Positions 58,913 through 58,977 of a stretch of 58,977 nt of DNA are shown here, one piece after another. Positions within the stretch are counted from its first letter, which is position 1. The number at the start of each line of letters is the position of its first letter. Under the pieces are notes generated by a model. It ran no database searches, was not told where the DNA came from, and saw nothing but the letters and a program-made list of their open reading frames with translations. The stretch lies in the sequence record SRR20825010_1901; one strand, given 5' to 3'. Position numbers and translations under genes: made by a program.

Positions 58913-58916
58913 TTCC

Positions 58917-58946
58917 AAACGCCGGCCTTCGGGCCGGCGTTTCTTT
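58917..58946 (+). terminator. Terminator-like hairpin after nqrF with a UUCG tetraloop
   Basis: AAACGCCGGCC-TTCG-GGCCGGCGTTT-CTTT. Confidence 0.8.
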
Positions 58947-58977
58947 AAGTTGAAAGTTCAAAGTTTAAAGTTGAAAA
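58944..58977 (+). repeat. Degenerate heptamer tandem repeat (TNAAAGT), running off the window end
   Basis: TTTAAGT TGAAAGT TCAAAGT TTAAAGT TGAAAA. Confidence 0.7.

Overview
A ~59 kb chromosomal window from a GC-rich marine gammaproteobacterium. The gene content and order suggest Alcanivorax or a relative; this is inference. The backbone is housekeeping: pepN (5' truncated), a DUF1302/DUF1329/YCF48-like/RND operon, pyrD, rmf, rlmKL, tatD, lexA, a USP, topA, psrA, nagZ, hpt, mtnP, cysK, mfd, tesB, a long-form gap and nqrABCDEF. No rRNA, tRNA, CRISPR array, integrase or transposase was seen. The best candidate for an undescribed system is a non-phage fibre cassette between mfd and tesB (45500-49365). 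It encodes a secreted collagen-like fibre, a Tat-exported beta-propeller-like protein, three shortened tail-collar paralogues sharing a DR[N/D]L motif, a GNAT and a DUF6916-like protein. The second candidate is a lipoprotein copper-radical oxidase with all galactose-oxidase-type ligands, paired with a two-repeat secreted protein whose predicted mature N-terminus is His (29585-33808). Also notable are a LuxR-HTH fused to an apparently dead alpha/beta hydrolase, a four-hairpin lexA leader heading a lexA-DUF1499-tatD operon without sulA, and a nested palindromic element with 7-bp-periodic arms. Family names come from motif recognition only; no database search was run.
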